From assembly GCA_965228895.1 (NCBI GenBank), contig OZ245842.1:2272001-2336000 (forward strand): DNA of 64,000 nucleotides, in the 5' to 3' direction. Shown one piece after another: positions 36,827-47,708 of the stretch. Under the pieces are notes generated by a model. The model saw only the letters and a list, made by a program, of their open reading frames with translations. It did not search any database and had not been told where the DNA came from. Numbering within the stretch: the stretch's first letter is position 1; each line of letters begins with the position of its first letter. A program made the translations under genes and the position numbers. The DNA comes from Alphaproteobacteria bacterium. Its GTDB lineage: Bacteria; Pseudomonadota; Alphaproteobacteria; SP197.

Positions 36827-37761
36827 CAGAAGTACCCTTCCTGTTTCTTGCGTTCCATGGAACCTGCCTGGTCGTGGTCGATCACCCGGCCCTGACGTTC
36901 GGACGTGCGCGCCAGCATCATCTCCTCGATGATGGACTCGATATCGTCGGCGGTTGATTCGACCGCGGCGGTCAGCGGGTAACAGCCGAGCGTTCGGAAG
37001 CGGACCGATTTCATCATCGGCTTTTCGCCCGGCAGTAGTTCCATGCGATCGTCGTCGACCATGATAAGGCCGCCGTCGCGCTCCACCACCGGACGGTTGG
37101 CCGCAAAATAGAGCGGCACGATCGGGATCTGTTCACGCCGGATGTACTGCCAGATATCCAGCTCGGTCCAATTGGACAGCGGGAAAACCCGGATACTCTC
37201 GCCCTTGCGCACCCTGGCGTTATAGAGGTTCCACAGTTCCGGGCGCTGGTTTTTCGGGTCCCAGCGATGGTTCGCCGAGCGGAAGGAAAAGATCCGTTCC
37301 TTGGCGCGGGATTGTTCCTCATCGCGCCGGGCGCCGCCGAATGCCGCATCGAAGCCGTGCTTGTCCAGGGCCTGCTTCAGCGCCTGGGTTTTCATCACAT
37401 CGGTGTGAAACGCCGAACCATGGGTAAAGGGGCCGATGCCCTGCGCGACACCGTCCTGGTTGGTGTGAACGATCAGATCGAGCCCCAACTCAGCAGCCAG
37501 GTTGTCGCGGAACGCGATCATCTCGCGGAATTTCCAGGTCGTGTCGACATGCAGGAAAGGAAACGGTGGCTTGGCCGGATAGAAGGCCTTCAACGCCAGA
37601 TGCAGCATGACCGACGAATCCTTGCCGATCGAATAGAGCATCACGGGCTTGCGGAAGACCGCCGCAACCTCGCGCATGATGTAAATGCTCTCTGCTTCCA
37701 GATTGTCGAGATGGCTCAGTGCCGCGCCGTCCCGCATTTTTGCGTCCGTTGTCTTTGACAT
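36826..37761 (-). CDS. cysD: Sulfate adenylyltransferase subunit 2
   Basis: [44 protein letters not shown]; start ATG 37761. Confidence 0.97.
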   Translation of the reverse strand: MSKTTDAKMRDGAALSHLDNLEAESIYIMREVAAVFRKPVMLYSIGKDSSVMLHLALKAFYPAKPPFPFLHVDTTWKFREMIAFRDNLAAELGLDLIVHTNQDGVAQGIGPFTHGSAFHTDVMKTQALKQALDKHGFDAAFGGARRDEEQSRAKERIFSFRSANHRWDPKNQRPELWNLYNARVRKGESIRVFPLSNWTELDIWQYIRREQIPIVPLYFAANRPVVERDGGLIMVDDDRMELLPGEKPMMKSVRFRTLGCYPLTAAVESTADDIESIIEEMMLARTSERQGRVIDHDQAGSMERKKQEGYF

Positions 37762-37875
37762 AGATCCCCAGATGGAGTCGCCGGCCTGGCTTGTCCATAA
37801 CGATATCACAGCGCCCGGGTCGAGCTAAGGTAATCGGCCGCAAAATGCAACAGTTTGGCGGGTTTGAACTGGTAT

Positions 37876-37891
37876 TTGAACGTTCATTCAA
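37876..37891. promoter_or_regulatory. Palindromic operator candidate between divergent cysD and SDR
   Basis: TTGAACGTTCATTCAA: perfect inner palindrome TGAACGTTCA plus outer TTGAA-N6-TTCAA in an AT-rich stretch. Confidence 0.5.
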
Positions 37892-37928
37892 TTAAAATCA
37901 AGTGACGGATCTAACGAGGGATATGGGC

Positions 37929-38690
37929 ATGACGGGCAGGTTGGACGGGAAGACGGCGATCGTGACCGGCGGCACCAAAGGTATCGGCCGCGGCATCGTC
38001 GAGCGCTATTTGCGCGAAGGCGCCACCGTTGTGGTCACGGCGCGCAGCGCACCGGATCAAGCGTTTTCTGATGGCGCGGCCGTCCACTTCATGGCCGGCG
38101 ATGTCGCCAAGCCCGATCACGCGCGCGCGGTCGTTGATGCCGCGCTTCAGCAGTCCGGCCGGCTCGACATTCTGGTCAACAATGCGGCAATGCAGGTCGA
38201 AAAGACGGTGCCCGATACGACCGAAGAAGAATGGGACCGGATCTTCGCGGTCAACGTGAAAAGCGTCTTCAACTTCTGCCAAGCGGCCCTGAAACCCATG
38301 ACCGAGGCCGGCGCCGGCTCGATCATCAATATCGGATCCTATGACGGGTTCATCGCCGACCCCGGCCTTGCCGCCTATTGCGCCACCAAGGGCGCTGTCC
38401 ACGCCCTATCGCGAGCAATCGCGGTCGATCACGGCGGCGAAGGCGTGCGCTGCAATGTCATCTGTCCGGGCTGGGTCAAGACCGAGATGATGGATGCGTA
38501 CCTGGCCAGCGTTCCCGATCCTGAGGAAGCGGCCAAACTTCTGGATGCCAACCAACCCGTCGGCCGGATCGGCCGCCCCGACGACATCGCCAGTCTCGCC
38601 TTGTGGCTGGCGAGTGACGAAAGTGCGTTTACGACCGGCCAGCTCATGGTGTGCGACGGCGGCCTGACCGCCCGGGCGTCACAGCCCTAG
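37929..38690 (+). CDS. Short-chain dehydrogenase/reductase
   Basis: TGGTKGIG, NNA, YCATK, CPGWV; GAGGG RBS. Confidence 0.93.
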   Translation: MTGRLDGKTAIVTGGTKGIGRGIVERYLREGATVVVTARSAPDQAFSDGAAVHFMAGDVAKPDHARAVVDAALQQSGRLDILVNNAAMQVEKTVPDTTEEEWDRIFAVNVKSVFNFCQAALKPMTEAGAGSIINIGSYDGFIADPGLAAYCATKGAVHALSRAIAVDHGGEGVRCNVICPGWVKTEMMDAYLASVPDPEEAAKLLDANQPVGRIGRPDDIASLALWLASDESAFTTGQLMVCDGGLTARASQP

Positions 38691-38701
38691 CAGTCTGCCC
38701 G

Positions 38702-39373
38702 TCAGGTATCCGCCCACATGCGCAACAGGTTGAACCGCGCTTTCTCCAACGTCATGAAGGCACCGGAATCCGGTGCGCGGTGATGCAGGTCCTCGGCGAC
38801 TGTCGCCAGTTCAAACAGGATCTGGCGCCGCGCGGGATCACGGATGGTGCTTTCAATCCAGGTGACGACGGCGAGCCGCTCGCCCTGGGTGACCTCGTCG
38901 ACCCGGTGGACGAAGTGCGTGGGATAGACGATGGCATCGCCCGGGGGCAGCTTGATGCGCTGGGTCCCCGGCGCGGTGTCGATGACCAGTTCGCCGCCCT
39001 CATAGCTATCGGGGTCCTGGAGGAAGATCGTCATCGAGCAATCGACACGGAACGGCTGGGCGCCGCCCATGATGGCGTTATCCATATGGTCGCCATACCG
39101 CATGCCCGGACGATAGCGGCTCATGATAGGCGGCATGATGCGCCGCGGCCTGGCCAGAACCTGCAGGGTTTTGTTCTGCCACAGCCGAGCAAGCAGCATG
39201 CGCACCAGTTGCTCGCGCCCCTTGGCGCCGACGGCCAGTTCCTCGTTCACCTTGCGATCGGCAACCAGAAAGCCGGCTGAATTCATGCCATCGGCAAACT
39301 CGCCGGTCTTCTCGACATCGCGGATCGCCGCGACTTCCTCCGGCGATATGATCTGGCGTATGATCTTAAGCAT
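38702..39373 (-). CDS. PKHD-type Fe(II)/2OG-dependent hydroxylase (PiuC/YbiX family)
   Basis: YGDHMDNA, YEGGELVI, YPTHFVHRVDEVTQGERL, NLLRMWA. Confidence 0.9.
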   Translation of the reverse strand: MLKIIRQIISPEEVAAIRDVEKTGEFADGMNSAGFLVADRKVNEELAVGAKGREQLVRMLLARLWQNKTLQVLARPRRIMPPIMSRYRPGMRYGDHMDNAIMGGAQPFRVDCSMTIFLQDPDSYEGGELVIDTAPGTQRIKLPPGDAIVYPTHFVHRVDEVTQGERLAVVTWIESTIRDPARRQILFELATVAEDLHHRAPDSGAFMTLEKARFNLLRMWADT

Positions 39374-39478
39374 CAAACAAAGTCCCATAGGGCACGTTGG
39401 ATGAGTGGTTCTACCCCAATCGAGAACTCACGAACACATCATGTGTAATCGCGAAACCGCTGACCTAGCGTTTCCGGC

Positions 39479-40117
39479 ATGATTATCGATGTCTTTTCCG
39501 ATCCCATCTGTCCTTGGTGTTTCATTGGCAAACGCCGGATGGAGCGCGCGTTCACCGATTTGCCTGCCCGGGAACGGCCGCAGGTTCGCTGGCGTGCTTT
39601 CATGCTGAACCCGGAAATGCCGGCTGATGGCATGGAGCGCAACGCCTATCTGGCGCGCAAGTTCGGCAGCGGCCAGCGCGCCATGGAACTTTATGACGTC
39701 ATCGCCCAGACCGGCTATGAGGAAGGTATCCTGTTTGCCTTCGGCGACATCGCGCGTACGCCAAGCACGATGAACGCGCATCGCCTGATTCGTTATGCCG
39801 GCGAGAATGGGGTCCAAAACGAGGTCGTCACGGATCTGTTCGACCGGTACTTCCTGAATGGTGAGGATATCGGTAGCAGTGACGTGTTGAGGGCGGCGGC
39901 GGAACAGGCCGGGTTGGACGGCTATACGGTCGTCACATTCCTTGAGGGCGATGAGGAACGCGATGCCGTGCTGGCCGATCACAATCTGGCCCAGCATATC
40001 GGTATCAGCGGCGTGCCCTGCTTTATTCTGGATGGCCGCTACGCGGTCTCCGGTGCGCAATCGCCGGATGTCTTCAAACGCATGATCGAAACGGCGACTC
40101 TGACCGCCGCCGAGTAA
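39479..40117 (+). CDS. DsbA-family oxidoreductase (FrnE-like)
   Basis: SDPICPWCFIGKRR, GISGVP, SGAQ. Confidence 0.92.
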   Translation: MIIDVFSDPICPWCFIGKRRMERAFTDLPARERPQVRWRAFMLNPEMPADGMERNAYLARKFGSGQRAMELYDVIAQTGYEEGILFAFGDIARTPSTMNAHRLIRYAGENGVQNEVVTDLFDRYFLNGEDIGSSDVLRAAAEQAGLDGYTVVTFLEGDEERDAVLADHNLAQHIGISGVPCFILDGRYAVSGAQSPDVFKRMIETATLTAAE

Positions 40118-40128
40118 GTCTTTTCCAG

Positions 40129-43100
40129 CTACTGCGCTGCACTGACGGCTGGTTCGCCGGCGCGCGCGATGGCCGCCAACCGCTCGATCAAGGTGCGGGT
40201 GCCTGTCAGGCGCTGATCGACGTCTTCCCAGACCCTGGTCGCGACCAGGCGGTGGTCGGGCCTGAGTTTGACCATGCCGGCCTGCTCGGCGATGAAGTCA
40301 ACCAGTCCGGCCGGGTTGGCGAACTGCTCGCCGTGAAAGGCGATGCTGGCGCCGCGCGGTCCTGAATCGACCTTCGCGATGCCGGCGGCGCGGCACAGGC
40401 CCTTGATCGCGACGATGTCCAGCAGGTTCTGGACCTCCTTGGGCAGCTCGCCGAACCGGTCGGCGAGCTCTTCCGCCAGATCGTCGATCTCTTCCTGGTT
40501 TTCCAATGCGGCGATCCGCCGGTAAAGGCCGAGCCGGACATCGAGATCGCGGACGTAGTCGTCGGGGATCAGGACCGCGGTACCAATGTTGATCTCCGGC
40601 GACCAGGTGTCGGGCGCTGTTCCGGCACGCCCTTCCTGAGCCGCCTTGGCCGCGTGCACCGCCTCCTCCAGCATCTGTTGATAGAGCTCGATACCGACCT
40701 CCTTGATGTGGCCGGATTGTTCGGTGCCCAAGAGGTTGCCGGCGCCGCGAATGTCGAGGTCGTGGCTGGCCAGACTGAAGCCGGCGCCCAGGCTGTCCAG
40801 GCGCTGCATCACCTCCAGCCGGCGCTCGGCCGTACGGTTCAGCTTTTTGCCGGGCGGCAAGGTCAGATAGGCATAGGCGCGGGCCTTGGCGCGGCCAATG
40901 CGGCCCCTGAGCTGATAGAGCTGCGCCAGACCGAACATGTCGGAGCGATAGATGATCATCGTGTTCACGTTCGGAATGTCGAGCCCGGACTCGATGATGG
41001 TCGTGGAAATCAGAACATCGATCTCTGCGTCATAAAACGCGCCCATGATCTGCTCGAGGTCGCCGCTCGCCATGCGGCCGTGGGCGATGGCAAATCGCGC
41101 TTCCGGCACCAGGTCCTCGAGCTGCTTGCGCACTTTGTCCAGGTCGGAGATGCGCGGGCAGACAAAGAAAGTCTGGCCGCCACGCAGCTGCTCACGCCGG
41201 ATCGCCTCGCGCACGGTGACCGAATCGAACGGCGTCACGAAGGTTCTGACGGCCAGACGGTCAACCGGTGCGGTGGCGATGAGACTCAAGTCCTTAACGC
41301 CGGTCAGCGACATCTGAAGGGTTCTGGGGATCGGCGTCGCGGTCAGTGTCAGCACATGAACGTTGGCCTTCATCTGCTTCAGGCGCTCTTTGTGTTTCAC
41401 CCCGAAATGCTGCTCCTCATCGACGATCAAGAGGCCCAGATTCTTGATGGTGACGTCCTTGGCCAGCAGCGCGTGGGTGCCGATGGCGATATCGATGGTG
41501 CCGTCGAACAAGCCCTGTTTGGCGACTTTTACATCCTTGGTGCCGACAAATCGGGATAGTTGCGCGATCTTGACCGGCAAGCCGCGAAATCGCTCGGCGA
41601 ACGTGGCATGGTGCTGGCGCGCCAGGAGCGTGGTCGGCACGACGACAGCGACCTGATACCCCGCCATGACGGCCAGAAAAGCGGCTCTTAGCGCAACTTC
41701 CGTCTTGCCGAAACCGACATCGCCACAGACCAGGCGGTCCATCGCCCGGCCCGCCGCCAGGTCACCGGCGACATCGCCGATCGCGCGCTCTTGATCCTCC
41801 GTCTCGTGAAACGGAAAGCGCGCGCAAAACTCGTCATAGAGTCCTTGTGGCGCTGACATGCTCGGGCCTGGTTGCAACTTTCGTTCGGCAGCGATCTTGA
41901 GCAGGTCGCCGGCGATTGCTTGAATGCGCTCCTTAAGACGAGCACGGCGCGATTGCCAACTGGCGCTGCCCAGCCGGTCGAGCTGCACAACCGTGTCGTG
42001 GGAGCCGTAGCGCGACAGCACGTCGATGTTCTCGACCGGGACAAAGAGTTTGTCGTCGCCGTCGTAGACGATTCGCAGGCAATCATGAGGCGCCTCGCCC
42101 CGCGTCAGTGTCTGCAGCCCATCGAAGCGGCCGATGCCGTGGTCGACGTGAACGACATAATCGCCTTCGCCGATTTGCGACGCTTCGGTCAGGAACCGTT
42201 CGGCATCACTTCGGGTGCGCTTGCGCGCCGGACGGCCGATGCGATCGCCGACGATATCCTGCTCGGTCAGCACCAGAAGGCCGGGCGCCTCGAAACCGTG
42301 CTCCAGGCCGAGCACGGCGGCGACAACGACATCACCGGCCAATCCGTCAGCGCCTTGCCAGTTGGCGATGTTTTCGATCGCCGGAATGCCGTGGTCGTGA
42401 AGCAGCTTGGCTAGCCGATTGCGGCTGGCGATGGTTGCACCGGCAATGACAACGCGCCTTCCGTCCGCCTGCTCGTTTTGGACATGGTTGGCGACTTCAT
42501 CGAACAGGTTGACGTCGGTGCGCTGGCGTTCGGCGCTGAAATCATGTGCCCGGCGTCCCATCGCATCGATGATGACGGCGTCACCCGACGGTGCCTCACT
42601 GAACGGCGACATCGCGACGACTTCGGCGTCGGCTAGAGCGTTGTCCCAGGCCAGTTCATTTAGATAGAGCCGTTCCGGCGGGACCGGTTTGTAGGGTGGC
42701 GCCTCGTCGCCGGACGGTTTGGCGTCCGCCTCGCCGATGCGGTGACTGAAGTGATCGCGGATAACCTCCAACCGGGCATCGCGCGCTTCGACGATTCGGT
42801 GGTCCAGTACGACGATCGGGTTGTCGAGATAATCTGCCAAGGTTTCGAGCCGATCGTAATAGAGCGGCAGCCAGTGCTCCATGCCGGCGTAGCGGGCGCC
42901 CGCCATCACGGCTTCGAACAGGGGATCGTTGCCGGCCGCGATGCCAAAGAGCTCATGATAGCCACGCCGGAAACAGGCGATTGTCGTTTCGTCCAGAAGC
43001 ACTTCGCTGGCTGGGCGCAAAGAGAGCGTCTTGAGGCGGCCCGTCGAGCGCTGGTTCATGGGATCGAAACGGCGCAGCGCCTCCACCTCGTCACCGAAGA

Positions 43101-43656
43101 GGTCGATCCTGACGGGCTGCGCCTCGCCGGTCGGGAAGATGTCGACGATATCGCCGCGTAGCGCGTAATCGCCGGGTTCCATGACGGTGCCGGTCCGCGT
43201 ATAGCCGCCGCGCGCCAGAAGCGCCTGAAGTGCTTCGCGGTCGAGTTCCTCACCCACGGTTATGGCCAGTTTCGCGCCTCTCAGGACGTCGCGCGGCGGT
43301 ACGCGCTGCAACAAGCCGCCGGCTGTCGTGATGACGATCTGCGCCCGCGCCTCGCCGTCGGCCAGGGCCGCCAGCGCGGCGACCCGCTCGCCGGAAACGG
43401 TCGGATTGGGCGATACGCGGTCATAGGGCAGACAATCCCAGGCCGGAAAGGCGAGGATTTCCGCTTCCGGGACAAAAAACGCCAGTGTATCGGCCAGGCT
43501 TGCGGCTCGCTCCGCATCGCGGGCGACCACCACGATGTCACGGCCCGGCGCCTGGCGGCCGATGTCGCCCAGCAAGAGTGCGTCGAGCCCTTCCGGCGCG
43601 CCACAGATCACCGTGTTCTGTGTTTTGTTCAGGCGATTTACTATGTTTTCGATCAT
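40129..43656 (-). CDS. mfd: Transcription-repair coupling factor
   Basis: FPAWDCLPYDRVSP, VVHVDHGIG, GDVGFGKTEVA, DEEQHFGV, QLRGRIGR, TRCF C-terminus. Confidence 0.98.
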   Translation of the reverse strand: MIENIVNRLNKTQNTVICGAPEGLDALLLGDIGRQAPGRDIVVVARDAERAASLADTLAFFVPEAEILAFPAWDCLPYDRVSPNPTVSGERVAALAALADGEARAQIVITTAGGLLQRVPPRDVLRGAKLAITVGEELDREALQALLARGGYTRTGTVMEPGDYALRGDIVDIFPTGEAQPVRIDLFGDEVEALRRFDPMNQRSTGRLKTLSLRPASEVLLDETTIACFRRGYHELFGIAAGNDPLFEAVMAGARYAGMEHWLPLYYDRLETLADYLDNPIVVLDHRIVEARDARLEVIRDHFSHRIGEADAKPSGDEAPPYKPVPPERLYLNELAWDNALADAEVVAMSPFSEAPSGDAVIIDAMGRRAHDFSAERQRTDVNLFDEVANHVQNEQADGRRVVIAGATIASRNRLAKLLHDHGIPAIENIANWQGADGLAGDVVVAAVLGLEHGFEAPGLLVLTEQDIVGDRIGRPARKRTRSDAERFLTEASQIGEGDYVVHVDHGIGRFDGLQTLTRGEAPHDCLRIVYDGDDKLFVPVENIDVLSRYGSHDTVVQLDRLGSASWQSRRARLKERIQAIAGDLLKIAAERKLQPGPSMSAPQGLYDEFCARFPFHETEDQERAIGDVAGDLAAGRAMDRLVCGDVGFGKTEVALRAAFLAVMAGYQVAVVVPTTLLARQHHATFAERFRGLPVKIAQLSRFVGTKDVKVAKQGLFDGTIDIAIGTHALLAKDVTIKNLGLLIVDEEQHFGVKHKERLKQMKANVHVLTLTATPIPRTLQMSLTGVKDLSLIATAPVDRLAVRTFVTPFDSVTVREAIRREQLRGGQTFFVCPRISDLDKVRKQLEDLVPEARFAIAHGRMASGDLEQIMGAFYDAEIDVLISTTIIESGLDIPNVNTMIIYRSDMFGLAQLYQLRGRIGRAKARAYAYLTLPPGKKLNRTAERRLEVMQRLDSLGAGFSLASHDLDIRGAGNLLGTEQSGHIKEVGIELYQQMLEEAVHAAKAAQEGRAGTAPDTWSPEINIGTAVLIPDDYVRDLDVRLGLYRRIAALENQEEIDDLAEELADRFGELPKEVQNLLDIVAIKGLCRAAGIAKVDSGPRGASIAFHGEQFANPAGLVDFIAEQAGMVKLRPDHRLVATRVWEDVDQRLTGTRTLIERLAAIARAGEPAVSAAQ

Positions 43657-43657
43657 G

Positions 43658-43933
43658 TTAGGTCGACAACTTGAACTTCATGAAGAGGTTGAGGACATCG
43701 TTGATCTGGTGTTCCGGCGTCGGTCGGCGCCCGCAGTACCACGCGTAGACGTCGGGATCCGGTTGATTCAGCAGCAGCTCGAACCGGTGGAGCTGGTCGT
43801 CATCGAAGTCCCTGATGTGGGTATCGGCGAAGCTGCCAAGCAACAGATCCATCTCCAGGATCCCGCGATGCCAGGCACGGTAGCGCAGCCGCTTGCGGCG
43901 CGCGTCCAGATCTGATGTCTCGGCATCGGCCAT
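43658..43933 (-). CDS. sdhE: Succinate dehydrogenase assembly factor 2 (SdhE/Sdh5)
   Basis: RRKRLRYRAWHRGILEMDLLLG; start ATG 43933; sits between recG and mfd. Confidence 0.92.
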   Translation of the reverse strand: MADAETSDLDARRKRLRYRAWHRGILEMDLLLGSFADTHIRDFDDDQLHRFELLLNQPDPDVYAWYCGRRPTPEHQINDVLNLFMKFKLST

Positions 43934-44015
43934 GGGTCCGGTCCTTTCGATGGCAGACCATCTATCGCGTCGTTCGCCGGATGTCACCCGGCGTGGGCTG
44001 TCATAGACTGACGAC

Positions 44016-46097
44016 ATGCGCCCGGAGATTCTGTTCCCCATCTTCATGCCGGTCACCGGCCTGCCCGGCATCGGCCCGCGCCTCGCCAAATTGGTCGAGC
44101 GGGTGGCAGGCGAGCGCGTGGTCGATTTGTTGTGGCTCCTGCCGAGCGGCATGGTCGATCGGCGCCATGCGCCGGATATCCGTGACGCCGAGCCCGGCCA
44201 GATCGTCACATTGCGGGTCACGGTCGGTGAGCACCAGCCGCGGCGTAATCGGCGCCAGCCCTATCGCGTTGTCTGCACCGACGATACGGGCTCCCTGATG
44301 CTGGTCTTCTTTCACGCCAAGGAAGACTACCTGAAGCGCACCTTGCCGACCGGTGAGGTGCGGATTGTCAGCGGCAAGCTTGAGCGATACGGCGAACGGC
44401 TGCAGATGGTGCATCCCGATCACATCGGCACCGAGGAGGAGTTTGCCGAGTTGGCGCGGGTCGAACCGGTCTATCCGCTCACCGAAGGCTTGACGCCAAA
44501 GACGCTGGCCAAGGCCATGCGCGCGGCTCTCGACATGGCACCCGAGCTTCCGGAATGGCAGGACGCGGCCTATGCCGCCAAACAGGCGTGGCCCGGCTGG
44601 CAGGAGTCGTTGCTAGCGGTGCATCACCCGCGCGATCGTCATGACCTCAGCCCCCACGCCCTTTGCCGACGCAGGCTGGCCTTCGACGAACTGCTCGCCA
44701 ATCAACTGGCGCTCGCTCTGGTTCGCGCCTCACAAAAGAAGGCGCGTGGCCGGCCGCTGCATGGCGACGGCCACTTGCGCACGAAAGCCGTCGAGAAGCT
44801 GCCGTTTACGCTGACAGGGTCGCAGCAGACGGCGCTGGACGAAATCGCAGCCGACATGGGCAGCGAGGAACGCATGTTGCGCCTGCTGCAGGGCGATGTC
44901 GGCAGCGGCAAAACCGTGGTCGCCTTGATGGCGATGCTGATTGCCATCGAGGCCGGCTGTCAGGCGGTCCTGCTCGCCCCGACCGAAATCCTGGCGCGCC
45001 AGCACGCCGCGACGATCGGCACGCTGATCGCGCCGCTTGGGTTGAAGACGGTGCTTCTGACGGGCCGCGACAAGGGTAAGAAACGCAGCGAGAAGCTTCT
45101 GGCCTTGGCCGATGGATCAGCCTCCATCGCTATCGGCACCCACGCCTTGTTCCAGGATGATGTCGCGTACCGTGATCTCGGTGTTGCCGTGATCGACGAG
45201 CAGCACCGTTTCGGCGTCCACCAGCGGTTGATGCTAACCGGCAAGGGCCGTGGCGTTCATGTCCTCGTCATGACCGCGACACCGATCCCGCGCACGCTGC
45301 AAATGACCGCCTTCGGCGATCTCGATGTGTCGCGGCTGACGGAAAAGCCTGCCGGGCGTCAGCCGATCGCGACCCGTGCGATGCCACTGGAGCGCCTCGA
45401 CGACATCATCAACCGGGTGCGCCGTGTCATCGATGATGGCGCCCAGGTCTACTGGATCTGTCCGCTGGTCGAAGAGTCCGAAACAGGCGATCTGGCCGCC
45501 GCGGAAGAACGCTACGCCTCCCTGGAACGGTTGTTCGGCGACAAGGTCGGGCTGGTCCACGGCCGCATGAAGGGACCGGAGAAAGATGCGGTCATGGAGC
45601 GGTTCGTCGACGGCACGATCAAGGTGCTGGTGGCAACGACCGTGATCGAAGTCGGCGTCGACGTGCCCAACGCAACGATCATGGTGATCGAACACGCCGA
45701 ACGGTTCGGCCTGGCGCAGCTCCACCAACTGCGCGGCCGGGTCGGGCGCGGCAGCAAGGCGTCGGCCTGTCTGTTGCTCTATGCCGCGCCGCTCGGCGAG
45801 ACGGCCAAGGCGCGAATCAACATCCTGCGCGATACCGAAGACGGTTTCGTCATCGCCGAAGAGGACCTGCGTTTGCGCGGCGCGGGCGAATTGCTCGGGA
45901 CGCGCCAAAGCGGCTTTCCTGAGTTCCGCCTTGCCGACCTCACCGAACAAGCGGAACTGCTGGCGGCAGCCCGCGACGACGCGCGGCTAATCCTCGACCG
46001 CGACCCCGAGCTCGCCAGCGATCGCGGCAAGGCGCTGCGCACCCTGCTCTACCTCTTCGAACGCGACTCAGCCGTGCGGCTGCTCCGTTCAGGCTAG
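44016..46097 (+). CDS. recG: ATP-dependent DNA helicase RecG
   Basis: MRPEILFP, QGDVGSGKT, DEQHRFGV, MTATPIPR, QLRGRVGR, DGFVIAEEDL. Confidence 0.98.
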   Translation: MRPEILFPIFMPVTGLPGIGPRLAKLVERVAGERVVDLLWLLPSGMVDRRHAPDIRDAEPGQIVTLRVTVGEHQPRRNRRQPYRVVCTDDTGSLMLVFFHAKEDYLKRTLPTGEVRIVSGKLERYGERLQMVHPDHIGTEEEFAELARVEPVYPLTEGLTPKTLAKAMRAALDMAPELPEWQDAAYAAKQAWPGWQESLLAVHHPRDRHDLSPHALCRRRLAFDELLANQLALALVRASQKKARGRPLHGDGHLRTKAVEKLPFTLTGSQQTALDEIAADMGSEERMLRLLQGDVGSGKTVVALMAMLIAIEAGCQAVLLAPTEILARQHAATIGTLIAPLGLKTVLLTGRDKGKKRSEKLLALADGSASIAIGTHALFQDDVAYRDLGVAVIDEQHRFGVHQRLMLTGKGRGVHVLVMTATPIPRTLQMTAFGDLDVSRLTEKPAGRQPIATRAMPLERLDDIINRVRRVIDDGAQVYWICPLVEESETGDLAAAEERYASLERLFGDKVGLVHGRMKGPEKDAVMERFVDGTIKVLVATTVIEVGVDVPNATIMVIEHAERFGLAQLHQLRGRVGRGSKASACLLLYAAPLGETAKARINILRDTEDGFVIAEEDLRLRGAGELLGTRQSGFPEFRLADLTEQAELLAAARDDARLILDRDPELASDRGKALRTLLYLFERDSAVRLLRSG

Positions 46098-46117
46098 AGC
46101 GGTTCTGCTCTAAGCCT
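46091..46117. terminator. Hairpin spanning the convergent stop codons of recG and the SBP gene
   Basis: AGGCT-AGAGC-ggttct-GCTCT-a-AGCCT. Confidence 0.35.
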
Positions 46118-47708
46118 GGCTGTCGTCGATCCAGATCTCCTGATAGGGCCAACCGGCGCCCATCTGGTTGGCTGGGCTGCCGTGGAAATTCTGAATGCGC
46201 TTGGTGATGCCGTTAATGTCGTTGGTGAAGAACGGGATGAACGAACCACCATCGTCGTGCAGCAGCGTGCAGGCCTCGCAGTAGATTTCCAGGCGCCTTT
46301 CCGGATCGGTCTCGATGCGGCCCATGGCGAGCAGTTCGTCGAACCGCTCGTTGCACCATGCGGTCTCGTTCCATGACCCCCCGCATTGGTGCGCGATGGT
46401 CAGGATCAGATCGGCAGTGGGCCGCGAGTTCCAACCGGTGACGCAGAGCGGCACCTGCATCCAGGTGTGGCTCCAGTAACCGTCATCGGGTACGCGGTTG
46501 ACGTCGATTGTGATGCCCGCCTCCTTCGCTTGCTCCTGCAGGACGAGACTGCAGTCGACGGCATTCGAGTTCGCGGCGTTTGAAACGTTGAGCTCGATTG
46601 ACGACAAGCCGGTCTTGTCCCAATAGAACTTCGCTTTCTCAGGATCGAAATCGTGCTGCGGGATGTCCCGGCAATAGGTGGGCAGGCCGGGGTTGACTGG
46701 GAAATCGTTGGCGACCTGGCCGTGACCCAGCAGAACGTTGTCAACGAGGTATTGGCGATCGACCGCGTGTTTGAGTGCCAGACGCACATTGACGTCGTCG
46801 GTCGGCGCCCGGTCCGCCATCATGATCCAGGCAAACCACGCGCCCGATGCCGACGAGATGATCTCGACGCCGGGGTCCTGCTCCATCAGGTTGGCGACCT
46901 TGGGTTCGATGTTGCGGATGATGTCGACATCGCCGGTTCTGAGCGCATTGCTGCGCGCGACATTATCGGGAATGCCCATGGTGATGAAGCTGTCGACGTG
47001 GCCCGCATCCGAGTTCCAGTAGTTGGCAAACCTCTCGGTCACCGATTCCTGGCCCGGCGTGAAGTCCGTGAGCCGATAAACGCCCGTGCCGTTGACCGGG
47101 TCGCCGTCGACCCAGCCATCGGCGACGATGGACGTGTGATAGTCGTAACCCAGCATCACCGGGAAGTCCGCGTCGCCGGCGACAAGCGTGAATTTCACGA
47201 CATGATCGCCGTCCGCCTTCATGTCGACGATCGGTTCAAGCAGCGGTTTGGCCGGTGATTCCGAACCTTCCTTGATGTGCTCGGTGACGGAATAGATCAC
47301 GTCGGCCGACGTGAACGGCTTGCCGTCGTGGAACTCCACGCCTTCGCGCAGCTTGAAGGTCCACTCGGTCGCGTCGCCGTTGGTCTCCCACTCCTCGGCA
47401 AGGCTGGGCACCAGCTGCATGTCGCGGTCCAGGTCGGTCAGACGGTTGTAGACCTGGTAGGAGCGCTGAATGTCGGTCGAGTTGGTCATCTTGGTCGGGT
47501 CGAAGGTTTCTTCCGATCCCGCGTATTCGGTCGCGACCGTCACGGTGCCGCCGGCCTTCGGTTCAGCCGCGACGCCATGGCGCGACAACAACGTTGTGGC
47601 GGCTGCAGCCGTCACGCCCAAGGCGCCGGCCCGGCCGATAAATTCGCGCCGGCCCATGCGACCGGCCTTCACCTCGTCCGCCATCCACGTGAGTTTTTTG
47701 TCGTTCAT
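46110..47708 (-). CDS. ABC transporter substrate-binding protein (DppA/OppA family 5), Tat signal
   Basis: MGRREFI twin-arginine; LAEEWE...WTFKLREGVEFHDGK..T..DV..S; GTG.Y. Confidence 0.92.
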   Translation of the reverse strand: MNDKKLTWMADEVKAGRMGRREFIGRAGALGVTAAAATTLLSRHGVAAEPKAGGTVTVATEYAGSEETFDPTKMTNSTDIQRSYQVYNRLTDLDRDMQLVPSLAEEWETNGDATEWTFKLREGVEFHDGKPFTSADVIYSVTEHIKEGSESPAKPLLEPIVDMKADGDHVVKFTLVAGDADFPVMLGYDYHTSIVADGWVDGDPVNGTGVYRLTDFTPGQESVTERFANYWNSDAGHVDSFITMGIPDNVARSNALRTGDVDIIRNIEPKVANLMEQDPGVEIISSASGAWFAWIMMADRAPTDDVNVRLALKHAVDRQYLVDNVLLGHGQVANDFPVNPGLPTYCRDIPQHDFDPEKAKFYWDKTGLSSIELNVSNAANSNAVDCSLVLQEQAKEAGITIDVNRVPDDGYWSHTWMQVPLCVTGWNSRPTADLILTIAHQCGGSWNETAWCNERFDELLAMGRIETDPERRLEIYCEACTLLHDDGGSFIPFFTNDINGITKRIQNFHGSPANQMGAGWPYQEIWIDDSQA

